A DNA stretch of 43,447 nt from positions 1 to 43,447 of IMG/VR virus record IMGVR_UViG_3300044708_000152; one strand, written 5' to 3'. This DNA is from a virus. Its lineage: Duplodnaviria > Caudoviricetes. Both the position numbers and the translations under genes were made by a program. Below the pieces are notes generated by a model. The model ran no database searches and was not told the DNA's origin. It saw nothing but the letters and a program-made list of their open reading frames with translations. This document shows, in pieces, positions 43,380-43,447 of the stretch; within the stretch, counting starts at the first letter, position 1, and each line of letters starts with the position of its first letter.

Positions 43380-43447
43380 CGTGCGCCGGTAGGCGGGCGA
43401 GCTGCGGGGCTGTCGGGCTGTCGACCCGCACAGCGTTACGAGGAACC

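Larger units (their letters stand above)
1..43447. mobile_element. Temperate podovirus-like phage genome, apparently complete
   Basis: Packaging, head, short-tail, lysis, replication and integrase modules present; no tape measure, sheath or host genes seen. Confidence 0.85.

Overview
The window looks like an essentially complete ~43.4 kb temperate, podovirus-like dsDNA phage genome of a high-GC, probably monoderm host. A GAAC-N4-GTTC SOS box and an Rpf domain point to Actinomycetota or Chloroflexota (inference). No host genes are evident. Layout: (i) 150-5.9 kb, + strand early/accessory region of small genes; (ii) 6.05-13.1 kb, - strand replication operon (primase-DUF3987 helicase, two SSB-like proteins, nuclease, Rpf, PAS-like protein); (iii) 13.5-18.1 kb, + strand HTH, large serine integrase and ParB-like gene; (iv) 18.1-43.4 kb, - strand terS, terL, portal, internal virion proteins, scaffold, capsid, tail, fibres and lysis genes. 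The standout is an apparent RNA-based control system in the early region. Four type II hammerhead ribozymes sit between consecutive early genes. Seven early genes share a GGAGAGTCAC ribosome-binding motif. A separately encoded ~75-nt hairpin RNA at 5979-6053 displays the antisense of that motif in its loop. Both early promoters also carry the same palindromic operator. All protein calls come from motif recognition by eye, not database searches.
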